NCBI RefSeq assembly: GCF_964355755.1
Contig: NC_092678.1
Span: forward strand, 22,709,365 to 22,773,364
DNA: 64,000 bases
Direction: 5' to 3'
From: Antedon mediterranea
Taxonomy: Eukaryota > Animalia > Echinodermata
Of the stretch, positions 26,306-39,900 are shown in pieces. Position numbers and translations under genes: made by a program. Position 1 is the first letter of the stretch. Each line of letters starts with the position of its first letter. Below the pieces are notes generated by a model that had not been told where the DNA came from, searched no databases, and saw nothing but the letters and a program-made list of their open reading frames with translations.

Positions 26306-27209
26306 TTATCTAATACAAGTATGCAACACTGAAGATTTCGATTGTGAATATTTCTTAAGTAAAATTGCCCCGTATGTATCACAACCAAAATGTGTATTTA
26401 TAATGTGGGTTCAAAAGAGGAAATTTTTCTGATTAAAAAAAGATGTCCTTGTTAATATAACAATAACATATAATAATATACTTTAAATATGTTAACTTTA
26501 ATGTTGTATTAATTAATAATAATAATAATAATGATATTTTAGTGTGCTTTTTTATTTTATTTTTAAATTTATTTTAAAACATATCACTCTTACATTTTAA
26601 ATTACTACTGAACATGTTAGCAGTATTGACACCAGCTGTAAACTACTCTATAATGTATGTGTTTACTATTTATTTATCTAAATTTATTCAATAACACTAA
26701 ACTGTTCTTTCTCCAAATTTAGTTACTTGATGACATTATTTTGCTGTATATTAATTACATAACAATTATAGAATCCTCTTTTCAAGCTCTAGTTATATCA
26801 TCTCAATAACAGAATAAATAATTGAAAATAAAAATGTTGATATTTTGTTGCTTAGTTTTCTGTACAAATTATGCTTGGCATGAATCAATACATTTAAGAA
26901 AGTTGTAGATTGAGTGTGACTTAATAGTTATAGTTTTTTTTTGGTCTATTTTTGGAAATTCTTCTTATAAAATAGTATTACGAATTTTTACAACATTGCA
27001 TTTTAGTTATACACACTTTTAATATAATATATATTTCGCCTTAGCACCGATGTTTCCCAATGTTCTGTAATTAAATTTAAATCTGACCGAGTTGTAGCAG
27101 TCTTTATTTTTAGAAGAAGGAGTACGGCACACTTTTCCAGTTTGTGTTTAAACGACCGACATTTTATTTACCAAATTGTTTAAATACTGAACAATTTATA
27201 TCCAAATAT

Positions 27210-27530
27210 AAGGAGGAGCTGTAGTGCTAGTGCTATGTTTGTTGATAACCATGTTCCCTCCTTCTATGAGTACATTCGGAAATCAATTTTTTGTTTCAAA
27301 ACAAAAATTGAAAAAAGCTGTAATACTTTAATTACATGTGTTTTTTCTCGTATTCTAAAAGATTCAAAGTTGCATAGAAAATGGACAGAACTTTTGTATA
27401 TTTAATCTCATGTATACTTTTACGTGTGTTAACTAGTATCAGTATGCCATAATAATGTGTTGTTTTTGTAAACTTTATGTGTTTCATATGGACAGTTTGT
27501 CTGAAATAAAGTTGAATTGAATTGAATTGA
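27210..27530 (+). mobile_element. 5'-truncated non-LTR retrotransposon 3' end (clade unresolved)
   Basis: Reads RRSCSASAMFVDNHVPSFYEYIRKSIFCF..SCNTLI (RT C-terminus-like); AATAAA then (TTGAA)n tail; AAATA on both sides; empty site ATCCAAATACGTC at ~18313. Confidence 0.7.
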
Positions 27531-28082
27531 AATACGTCTTTCATTCGTAGTAAAGTGATTTTGCTGCAACATATGTTGTTGTATTCACGCTTGTGTAAGC
27601 TCATTTGCATTCTCTCTTCAACAGATGCATTTTATGTTTATGGCGTTCCAGCCCACGTGTCTGAGATGTGTTTACTGTTGCTATTGTTTTGTACAGACGA
27701 AATCTAGGACCGATCTTTTTCAAGCCAGGAAGTACTCAACCACACGGTAAGCGGCGCATTTGTTTATTTTTCTTGTTGCTAACTAACTGCTAGGCCTAGA
27801 CACATGTTAGTGTTTAGCTTAGTAACTGTAGTGAGTACAGTAAGTAAAATATCAATACTTAAGAGATGTAAAGACACAAAAACGACTACAAACAGAAATA
27901 GAGAAAAAAACTATTAGTTTAATCAAATATAAACGATAATAATAAATCTAAATGTACATGGAGTTACTCCCTGGTAATATTAATCACTGAGAAATAAGTC
28001 TCTCTCTATGTATTAATCAAGTTAACTTAGGCCTAGAAGAACTGCAAACAATACACACATACTTTTAATAAATGCACTAAGA

Positions 28083-31000
28083 CTAATCAAATAAATGAAA
28101 TGATAAAATCGAATGTATCCTCGGCCGGTTACGTAATATATATAAAAGAAGATAATAACACGTTATCAGACTTAGAAACGCTATTTTGTGATTATATATA
28201 GAACTTTCTAAAAACAAGTTCAGTCGATGTTTATTTCGTTTTTGTATTATACAACTGTGATAAGGCCTAAGGTCCAATGACTGTCCTTTCAATGTTATAC
28301 TACTGTTTGTTCGTGTGATAACCATTGATTTGAATAATAATAATTTATCATTAATATCATACAAGTAATTTCCATCAAGAGATATTAAATCAACTTTAAT
28401 TCCCTTTCCAGAATATCCTTTTAGCATGCCTATAACATTATAATTTACTAATTTACAGTAATTCATAGAAAGGCGTTTTAAGTTTGGGAATTTAATAAAT
28501 ATATTAGCTAATGTACTTTCGTTGATTGATGATAGGTAGACAAAATCTAAATTAAGAAATTTCCATTTAAATCTGTAACGCTTAGGTGATATTAACAGAT
28601 CGTGTAATTGTTGGGCTGATAAAGAATGAAGAAACCAAGAAAATCCATAGAATGTATCAGTTACATCAGATACCAATAATGAATTGATAAGATTCGCAAG
28701 CAATTCGCTATCAAGATTTGAAAGATCATTTTTCTCTAAATTGATAAAATTCTCTTTTGACTCTAAATAGCTTTATCTACTTCATTCAGCATATCAGCTA
28801 TTTGGGCGCTTGATAAAGAACAATTATATAAAAAAAACATTTCTAAGTCTTTATAAACATTTAAAAAATGACCTAATAAAGCTCCGTTGATGTTTGACAA
28901 ATTATTGTTCCCAAGATGAAACGAACGCAAGTTAGCAAATGTTTTACCGTCTTTACATTCTGTCAGCATTGAGTTAATAAGTGAACTGTGTGATGCACCC
29001 TTTGAGTCCCTCGAGAAACGTATCAATAGATTTCTTAGGTTTGGAAAGTTTTGAAATAATTTACACATGCGTGAGCCAGTATGACGCCTGTATAAAAAGC
29101 GTGGATCATCTTCAATAAACATAAAAGAAGTTATTTCTTCGCCTAAATTATATTTCTTCCATTCAATCGAAAGAATCTCAAGGGCCTTATCACCATGTTT
29201 TTCAATTAGTTTGATCAAATATCCATCCCGATTATATTGGGTTAGGCCTACTGGTGGTATGGTGTCAGCACTATATAATTGTAATATTATTGAATATTGA
29301 GCTATAAGGCTGCACATACATTCACAAGATTCATTATACTCCATTAAAATTGAAGACATCATTCTTGTTATGTTATTACTATCTTTTGTAAGTCTTTCAT
29401 AAAATACCTTCAGTAATTCTATTAAATGCAAATTGTCGTCACAAACAAATTTTCTAAATGAATCTCTTAAAGCTTTAACGTGTATTTTCATTTCTGGTGA
29501 GATTTGTTTATCCAGTAATGTTAATACCTTTTCCTGGTATTTTTCACTTACATGTATGAAATATTTGGAAAAAGAATAATAATTAGAGGCCCTATTTACC
29601 AACCAGTGTTTCATGAGTTTGTCTGCATCGGGACCTAGAAAATTAATAGTAAAAACTGTTACCATTGGTAAAAGCGGATGAAGCCTTATTATCTCGCATT
29701 CTAATGAATCTAACATTTCAATTTTATTAGAGAAGTAAAATCCGGCTAGTGCCTCTGACAATAACCTATGTGGACTTCTGTAAGTCTCTACAAAACTATC
29801 CTGAACAGTAGAAGTATCTTTGTAAACAAATCCTAATTTTAGTGATAAGTCAACTAAAGTTTCATTTTTAACTACAGAATTTAAGTCAGTTTTAGTAAAA
29901 TGAAGTAACATTCTTTTTAAACCAATGTAACTAATTTCTCCTAATATTATAATTGCGTTTTTATAATCTGTGGGAATGTTGTCAAAGTCTGCTATCGCTT
30001 TTGTAGTAGGTTCATCCCTTCTGTTAATGTACTGATTTAAAATGTGCGGAAAATTTCTTCAAACAAATGTTGAAGATTATTGGGAATCACTTGCTCGTGT
30101 TCCCACACAACACACATTTTAAGTAAAAGAAATGGGGATGAAAATAGTTCAAACATGTATTTGTGATTACCGCCCCAACTACTCACATCAACTGAATCAA
30201 GATTAAATTCACTAATCAATAATTGACCCAATTTAGTCCTTCCAATAGATTTGAAATACCTCTTGATATATGGTTTTATGTTCTTTATGTCAAATCCTTC
30301 TACTTTTACACGTATGTCATAATATTTATGTAAACTTTCAGTAAAACCTGGTCGCGAAGTAAGAATAACTGTGCTGTCTTCCAGTTCTTTACTTTTTAAT
30401 ATCAGTGGAATATCAACTCCAGAATTTAACTCATCTAATCCATCTATCAGAAAAACTAACTCTCTGTCGTGATCCTCTATAAACATTTTTATAATTGTTT
30501 TATTAATATGGAGACCTGTTTTTTTACGAAAACGTATTAGATTCACTTCATCAACTATTGTATCTGTGATTGTTTGTCCTTCTTTGATGTCCCTGAGGTT
30601 TACGGAAAATAATATTTTACCAGCAAACGTACTATCAGAATTTGTCGCCCAGTTATAAGATATATATTTAAGCAATGTTGTCTTACAAATTCCCCCATTT
30701 CCAGTAATCAATACCTTACATGAGTCTCTGGACTTTATAATACACAATAATTCTAGTAAAGATGTGTGCTTTTGTTCTCCCTTTTGTGTACTGCTGATAT
30801 ATAGCTCTGGATCGGTAAAGATTTGCGAAATATTATGATAGTTATCTTCTCTGAACGTGGGTGGTCTTATAAATGGATCTTTGAATGTTTTTCTCTGTTC
30901 TCCTGATAAGAAGTTTCGAATAAGCTCATCTGAAATAAATGAAAAGCAACTATAAACCATTAATAACATTGAAGATTTTTTTAAAATTTGAAACAGTAAA

Positions 31001-32698
31001 TTTCTAATGACCGTTAGGTAGCGTCTATTAAAAAAAAATATTATAATAATAATTATAATATTATAATAATTACCTTCTGTTAATATGTGATCTGAAAATG
31101 TGTTCGCAAAAACTTGGAATAAGTATGAGAGTACGACGGCTAAGATGACAACAATAAATGCAAAGACCATCGCTAAAGTTAAAAACAAATTTAAGGTATA
31201 TTTCAGGATTACTAAGAGCATGCACGGTTTAAGTTCATTTGATGATTACTTTTTCTTTTTTTTTAAGTTATAGAAAAGAAAAATTAAATGAAAAGATGCT
31301 TTTGAATACATTCCTTCTTATTTTGATTTGTCGTAGGTCAATGTTACATTGTAAATTGATTAAAACACATTTTACGATATTCATTATGCTTACCGATACG
31401 TGTAGTTGGTTTAGATTTAGATTTCCGGTTACCTGTAGTATAGAAATAAAATATACGTAACAAAATTCAAATACAAATAGAACGTCATTTACTCATAACG
31501 GCATTTACTCATAATCAATAATATTATTTTAGTGTCTGTTTGACACCATAAATCATTCTCTATGACCAGTTGTTGGTGGAGTGGTTATGAAAAATACCGC
31601 CAATGATTTATTTTAAAGGTTTGCGCCACCTACAGGTCAATATCATCATTACTGGTAGGCCTACATGTTACTAACTCACGTTATATTTTTGTGTTTCATA
31701 CATCTATCACAGCGTTACAGTATTTTAGTTACATAATATCTGAATGTTTTTAATGGAATCTTATCAAGCCCCGCCCCTTCTCTTGCACCCGCAGTATTCA
31801 CTGGATTTGTTAATGATTTCTGTCACTATTATAGAGATTATATAGAATAGCGCCATACCTGTAGAAAATGATATAGGCGTTGGTGTCGATGCTGAAGCCC
31901 ATGTTTGAATAACTGTCAGCTGATAGGGTTTTGCTGAAACAAAAAGAAATCAAAATATAATAGAAGTTTAAACTTAACCAACTAACTAAAAACAGGAACA
32001 TTTTTAAATTATCTTAAATAAATTGCTGTTAACTCATTTGATGTTTTGCTTTTATATTTCAAATAAAATGCATACTATGTAGTTTAATCACCAAAGCAAA
32101 TACACTCAATTTGTAATTTGCAGCAATGTAATACCAATATTCAATACCTCCATGAGTTGGCCTTATTTCAAATGCTTTTGTTATGCATACCTAGTAGAAT
32201 ACGCTGTGTCTTTTTGTTCAGAAGTTTAGCAAATATTTCAATTTGTTGTTGTGAATCCAGTTTTCCGGCTTTCTCAATGTGATATACAGAATCCCATATG
32301 TTGTCATAGTTGAAGGCACTCAGTTTGTAGAATCCAGTCACTCTTTTCAAGTCGTCATTTCCAACGTTTTTAAGCGCTCTAAACAGTGCTCTGCGGTATT
32401 CTGTTAGTAGGCTTACTGTCTCTGTGCATTGAATAATGTTCTTGTATTCTGTTATACAATCTCTTGCTGAGGCCAGATTAGTTACTTCAGCTATGTCGGA
32501 CAACAGTTCCACATTGTTTTTAGAAATAATTCCATGTTCAGTAAGTTTGTTAAACAGTTCTAAGGCTATGTGTGATTGATCTAGATCTCCAATAGGTAGA
32601 ATACCATATAGAAGCATTCTTAACTCTCGGACTGTTACACCAGCATAGTTTTCGCTAAGGGTTTGCAAAAAGATTTGAAATTTTAGATTTTCATCCAT
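28083..32698 (-). pseudogene. Copy 4: DED/TM/NACHT/LRR/TM NLR pseudogene
   Basis: Exons 32698-32191, 31933-31859 (75), 31432-31394 (39), 31172-31074 (99; AMVFAFIVVILAVVLSYLF), 30929 onward. Walker A is altered to GNGGICKT; frameshifts at ~30043, ~28773 and ~28123. Confidence 0.85.
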
Positions 32699-33470
32699 TT
32701 TTAATCTATAAACGAAGAAGATAGCCCTAAAAATTAGATACACAATTTTCAAACCGAAAAAGAAAAGAAAAAACAATTCAGTGTAGGGTCTATATTAGGC
32801 CTAGGCAACATACAGTGGCTTATTTTGACTAGTTTTGAATTTTGATCGCACCATAATCGAATTTAGATCACATAAGCGAAAAGTGAGACTAACCAAACCA
32901 AAATATTATTAACATTGATTTAAGACATTCTAACAATTAATAAACGACAAAAATTATTATAGGATTATATGATATAACAAAGCAAGAATACTTATATTAC
33001 AATAGAGTAATTCAATATTAATTTAATATTATAATATTGCAAAAAATGTAGGCCTACTTAATACCAGCACCTTTTTCAATACTGTAGGCCTATAAAGTGT
33101 ATTTATTTATTCTAACTATGCATAGTCCCAAATCAGCATTATTCATTCAGTATTCAGTATTTTGTATTATTACTCTTACTATATTATTATTATTACTAAA
33201 ATGCTCACGGTTTGTTTGTGTTATTCCGTCTGCTTGCCTACTTCGTTAATAAGACAGTCCGCCATATTCGTCTTTTGTCGTTTTGTGACGTATCTATCCA
33301 CAGTTTCATAGATCGATAAATATAACAATGTAATACTTGATGCATAAAATATGAGCAACAGCGTCACGAAAGTAATTGTTAGAGTAGGCCTACAAGAATT
33401 ATATCAATAATTATGTTAATTGTAATATCTATATTTTGCCTACAAACTAAAATGATTTATAAGCACATTT

Positions 33471-35185
33471 ATTAGGTGATCATTTAGAATAAAATGATCA
33501 CCTATTGTTGTTGATACAATAACAATAATAGTATGAAATCTTTAATATTATTTATTTCTTTCTGTACAGATTTTGTTTGTCAATTATCTCAAAAAGTTTA
33601 ATGTCAATAATCACAACAATTTCACAATATCTTTAAAATAATTAAATTTAGTCCTAGTTAGCTTTTCAGCGTGATCACTTCTCTGTGACGTCATTTATAC
33701 GCCATTTTGTGAAATCACATTATCAATCATATCTCCATAATTTATTATCACATATTAATGACATTTACTACTGTAAACTTCAGGTCAAGGGTAAAAATAT
33801 TAGCTAATAAAACGCACGCGCACGTAGAGTCATGTGCGTAAAATCGCGCGTTAACATTTAAAAAGCTCAAAATTAAGTTTTTAGAGCATGAATTAGGCCA
33901 TTTGCGTGTTCTAATGTCTCTGACGTTTACAAAAAATAATATTTTACTAGCAAACGTATCATAGAAATGTGTTGCCCAGTTATAAGATATATATTGAAGT
34001 AAGGTTGTCTTACCAATTCCCCCATTTCCAGTTATCAATACTTTAGGTGAGTCTCTGGAATTTATAATAGCCAATAATTCTTGTAATGATGTGTGATTTC
34101 TTTTATATTCTTCCTCTCTTGTACTGATATATAGTTCTGGATCGGTAAACATCTTTGAAATATCATATTTAGTATCTGCTCTCCATGTAGGTGGTCTTAT
34201 ATTTGTTTTTTTAAATTTGTATTTCTGTTCCGTTGTCATGTATTCCCAAATAAGCTCATCTGAAATCAGTTTGATTTGGTTGTTATAAACTAAGTTGTAT
34301 TCAATGCAAATTCCTAATTATAAATAAACCTATAATAATGAATATACCACAGTTTCCTTTTGTTAAGATGTGGTCTGAAAATTTATTCGCAAAAGTGTGG
34401 AGTAAGAATATGAGAATTAAACTTCAGGTCAAGGGTAATAATATTAGCTAATAAAACGCACGCGCACGTAGAGTCATGTGCGTAAAATCGCGCGTTAACT
34501 TAAAAAGCTCAAAATTAAGTTTTTAGAGCATGAATTAGGCCATTTGCGTGTTCTAAAAAATTACTGCGCAAAAACACGTCTTTGCGCGCGCGATTCTTAG
34601 AAAGCGTAAAAAATAAAATTTGTACCATCCTTAGTACATTCACTGAATGTGAGTCCATTCGGACTTAAAATAGCGCTATACGAGGACGTTAAATATGGCA
34701 AAATGCGAAAATTGCATTTTATATATTTGTCAGGCATTTGTATGATTTGTTTTTATTTTTTTTATTTTTTTTTGAATGCGCATTGAGCACTCTTGAGTGG
34801 TATGTGCGCTATAAAAATCCTGTTATTATTATTATTATTATTAAAATTAATTTCACAAAGTGCTAAAAATTGTAAAAAATAAGGCATTTTTAAAATCAAA
34901 CTAACTCTTCAAAAGTTTCGTCGAAACTCGTTTTTTTAACTTATTCGGGAAGCCATTGAGTTGTAGATATGAATTAATGTACACATTTGACGTACACAAT
35001 TTTGTGACGTCATCAAATGGCCACTTGAATTTAAAAATTAGTAATTTTTATCTTTTTGTGTAGGTTATCACATTCAATAGAGCGCATCCCCGTTATTTGA
35101 GCCCGATTTTCGCTCAAATTTCAGTATGTGCTTGCTAAATTAATTATCTTTATCATGAGTTGCCACCATTTTCATTATGATGACA
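33471..35185. mobile_element. Helentron/HINE-like non-autonomous element (right end ill-defined) containing an NLR fragment and an L2-like 3' tail (~34735-34843)
   Basis: Begins at a T-rich site with the palindrome TAGGTGATCATTT..AAATGATCACCTA (33473-33504). Homology to the copy-1 upstream region (~4940) stops here. The body is CpG-rich like 61637-62394. Confidence 0.5.
33915..34417 (-). pseudogene. Isolated NLR fragment: end of TM exon, intron and NACHT N-terminus with Walker A
   Basis: DELIWEYMTTEQ..IRPPTW..MFTDPEL..GNGGIGKTTLLQY..VNVRDIR; flanked by direct repeats at 33774-33914 and 34418-34556. Confidence 0.85.
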
Positions 35186-36945
35186 TGAACTACTCTATAT
35201 TGTATATGTATTTACTATTTATTTATCTCAATTTATTCAATAACATTAAACTGTTCTTTCCCCAAATGTAAACTTGATGACATTATTTTGCTGTATATTA
35301 ATTACATAACAATTATAGAATCTTCTTTTCAGTTAGTTATATCATCTCATTAACAGAATAAATAATTGAAAATAAAAATGCGATATTTTGTTGCTTAGTT
35401 TTCTGTACACATTACGCTTGGCATGAATCATTACATTTATTTTATGCATTTCAATTAACTGGTACTGGTTCAGGTAACCATCTACATAGATACATTCTGG
35501 TAGCCATTGGCGTGAAGTTGTTGATTGAATTTCTTCTTATAAAATAGTATCGCAGATTTTCATTTACAACACTACATTTGAGGTTATAGAGACTTTTAAT
35601 ATAATGCCTTTACTTCGCCTTATCACCGATATTTCCCAATTTTGAAATTCTTTTTATTCTGACCGAGCAGTAGCAGTGTTTATTTCCAGAAGAATACGAC
35701 ACATTTCAGTTTGTGTTGAGAATAAACGATTTTATATACCGAATTGTACAAGTTCTTATTAATTATTAACATTTTTAAAAATATCTGAAATATACTGTCA
35801 CTGTTTTTTGAAAACTTTGAATGCGATAAAAGTAGACACATATTTAGGTCAAATACTTCTTTCGTCGTCTAAAGTGAGTGTGCTGCCACCTATATTGTTG
35901 TGTTCACGCTTGAGTAAGCTCATTTGCATTCTTTCTTCAACAGATGTATTTTATGTTTATGGCGTGCAGCCCACGTGTCTGAGATGTGTTTACTATTGCT
36001 ATGTTGTGCGGAAGTTTTTTAAAGAAATCTAGGCCCGAAATTTGTCAAGCCAGGACTCAAGGAGCGACTACGGGGTAAGATTGCATTAACTTATATTCTT
36101 GTTAATGTAGAATTATTAGGCCTAGCCACATTTTATTTATTACAGTACAATACAGTTATATTTAATGATACCCGTACGAGTAAAGTACAGTAGGGCCTGT
36201 CAATACTGGACGCATTCTTATAGTGTTCTTCCTTGTAAGTCGGTAGTGCGTGTAACATGAATATTCATATCACTACCTTATTGAATATGCATGATTTCCG
36301 CATTTGCATACATACAGAAAAAAATCGTAATGGACAGATATAAAGACCATTGACAAAGTTTAATAACAATAAACACAATTGTACAATAAATCGAATCAAA
36401 TTTAATTTAATCAAGTTATATTATACCCACAAAAAGAGAAAATACACACTCATAAAACTAATTTATAATTTAAAACGATTAATAAAAACTAATAAAATGT
36501 ATCCTCCGTTTATATAATCGATATAATAAATTAAAATATAAAAATATTAAGGCCCGAAAACGATCGACGTAAAATAGATAAACGTTTTTTCTTACATAAA
36601 ACAAAATAAATTCAAAAGTTATCCTATAGTCCTACTTCTAGGATAAACAATAGGCCAATATCAATAATAATAAAAATAACAATAATAATTTTGTTTTTAT
36701 TTTAAAATGTTTATACAGCCAGTATTTAAAATAGATACAAAACCACACACATTAGTAATGAACAACAGTAAGATTGTCTCCTGATACTTTACTTTAAAAA
36801 ATACCACAAATAATAGATAGGATTATTGAATAACCATCGATATTCAGAAGGTAGTATTTAAACGGGTAAGCGACATTTAGATTCAATATGCGAAACGCAT
36901 ATACCGTAATATGTTATTTGAATAAATCTAGCTTAATTAAGTTAA

Positions 36946-39900
36946 CTAAAGATAAATAACATAAACAAGTTCTACCCATAAGAAAATATAAATGGCTAAA
37001 ATTGATAATAGAAAAAGTGAAATATATCCTCGTAATAATAGAAGAAAATAAGAAGATGTAGCTATAATTATTAAGTATATAGATATAAAAACTATAAGCC
37101 TATACAAAATATTTAAAAGACGAAATAAATGCTCTTTAAATATAGGTTTACATTTAGTTTCTATATACCAACTGTAATAGTTCAACTCTTCTATTTCTAA
37201 TGTTTTCTGATTCCATTCATCGTTTAAAACAAATGTGGGGATTAATGATGTACTGTAAATATTTGCAACGTCATTTCCATTGATAGATATCAGGTCACTT
37301 TTGATTATTATATTATTTTCATAACATTCACTTAGCATTTCATTAACAATAGTACCTGTTAAGTTACAATCACTCATAGAAAGACGGTATAAGTTTGGAA
37401 ATATAATCAATATATTAGCTAGTGTACTTCCGTTGATTGATGATAGGTCAATGCCATCCAAAATAAGATTATTCCATCTAAATCTATAACGACTAGGTGA
37501 TATTAAAAGATCGTGTAATTGTTTAGCTGACATATTATAATTACCCCAAGTTTGGCTTGGAGGGCCCAGCCGTGTGTCTAATAAATCGATAATGTTTCCA
37601 AGTAATTCGGTATCAATATCTGAAAGATCATTTCCTTTTAACTTGATAAGAGTTTCTTTTGACTTTAGATAGTTTATATCTACTTCATTAAACATGTCAA
37701 CTATTTGTTTGCTTGATAATTGAGAATTTGTCAAAGCGAAAGTTTCTAAATCTTTGGAAGTGTTCAATATACGACCTAACAGAGATCCATTTATAAACTC
37801 CGGATAGTCGGTCACGAGACTAAAACTCTTCAATTTAACAAAAGCTTTACTATGTTCACATTCTTCTAACATTGTGTTAATATGTGAACCACCTATATTA
37901 TATTCCATATAACGTATGTGGAGCTGTTTTAAATTTGGAAAGTTTTGAATTAATTTGCAAATCTGTGAGTCAATTGTAGTGTTATATTCGAAGCAACCAA
38001 TAAACCACCAAAACATGTCTACTTCCTCATCAAAACGGTATTTTTTCCATTCGTCTGAGAGGATTTTAAGAGCTTTATTTCCCCATTTATGAAGTAATTG
38101 TATCATACACCTGTTTCGATCTTGATACAAATATTGTAATAAGATTTCAACGTGTGCTACTAACCTACATACATTACCAGATGACTCAATGTTTGATTTT
38201 TCTATGATTGATAATATAGTTTCAGATATTACATTTCCCCCCATGTTTGTAAAGGCATATGCAAACAATTTCATTTGTTGGAATAAGTGAAAATCTTTTT
38301 TATATAGCATCTTTAAAGAATTTTTAAAATGTTCAACATCTATTTTCATTTCTGGTGACATTTGTTTATCCAATGATTTCACTACATTTTGTTCGTGCTC
38401 GCTATTTACATATTTAAAATATACTAAAAAAGAGTAATAATTTGATAGCCTATTTTCCAACCAGTGCTTCATTAATTTGTCTGCATTAGGACCTAGAAAA
38501 CTGATAGTGAAAACTCTTACCATGTGTAAATACTCGCTCGTTCTTATTTTTTTGCATTCCTCGAAATCTAACTTCTCAATATTATTTGACAAGTAAAGCC
38601 CGGCCAATGCCTCTGACAATAACTTATGTGGAAATTCGTACGTCTCCGTAAAATCATCCTGAACAGGAGGTGGATATTGTTGGTCAACAAATCCTATTTT
38701 CAGCGATAATTTAACTAAAGTTGTATTTCGTATAAGTTTATTCAATTGTTTATCTGTAAAAGTGAGTATATTTTGCTGTAAACCAATGTAACTAATATTT
38801 CCTAATAACAAAATTGAATTTTTGTATTCATCCGGAATGTCTTCAAAGTCTGCCGCTGGTTTAATAGTAGGATTATCACTTCTGTTAATGTACTGATTAA
38901 TAATCACACAAAAAATTTCTTTTAAAAATGTATGATAATCCTCAGGGATTACTTGTTTGTGTTCCCACACAACACACATTTTTAGTAACAAATACGGGAA
39001 TGGAAACATTTGTTCAAATATGTTTTTGTAGTCACCACCCCAATCAAATGTATTACCTGAATTAAGTTTAAGTAGGTTAATCAATGACTGACCTATTTCA
39101 TGCTTTCCAATGATTTCAAAGTATCTGAAAATAAAATGCTTTATGTTTTTTTCTGCAAATCCTTTTAAGTTTACAATTATATCATAATGTTTATGTAAAT
39201 TTGCTGTAAAACCCGGCCGTGAAGTTAGAATAACTGTGGTGTCCTCTAGTTCATCTCGTTTTAACATCTTTGGAATATCCACCCCGGATTGTAATTCATC
39301 TAATCCATCAATCAGAACAACTAATTCTCTATCGTATTTCTGAATAAAAGTGTGTATAGATGTTTTATTTACACAGGGATCTGTTTTTGCATTAACCTTA
39401 AAGTTATTAACGATTATATCTGTGATGTGTTGACCTGAATTGATGTCTCTTATGTTTACGAGAAATAATATTTTACCAGCAAACGTGGTATCGTTATTTG
39501 TCGCCCAGTTATAACATATATATCGAAGTAATGCTGTCTTACCAATTCCTCCTATCCCTACCATTAATACTTTACATGGATTTCTGGCTTTTATCTGATC
39601 TAATAATTCTTCAAGTGATGTAAAAGTATCTTCTTCCTCTTTTTTAATATATAGGTTTGGATCGGTAAACATCTTTGAAATATCATACTCTTTATCTGCA
39701 CTCCATGTAGGTGGTCTTATATTTGGATTTTTTAATTTCTTTTTTTGTTCTGCTGTTATGAAGTCTCGAATATGCTCATCTGCAATGAGTTCAATTAACA
39801 AAAAGAGATAGATTGTTTTAGTATTATCTCTAAAAATATATGAAATCAGTAATCAATTATATAGACGTATGGCAGCGTCCAAATTATAGAAATAATCCTA

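Noticed and set aside
30930-31221. Long hydrophobic N-terminus of ORF 30037-31221, and similar ORF-track starts and ends on DED and NACHT exons
   Set aside because: Read-through of introns that happen to lack stops; conserved splice sites delimit the real exons.
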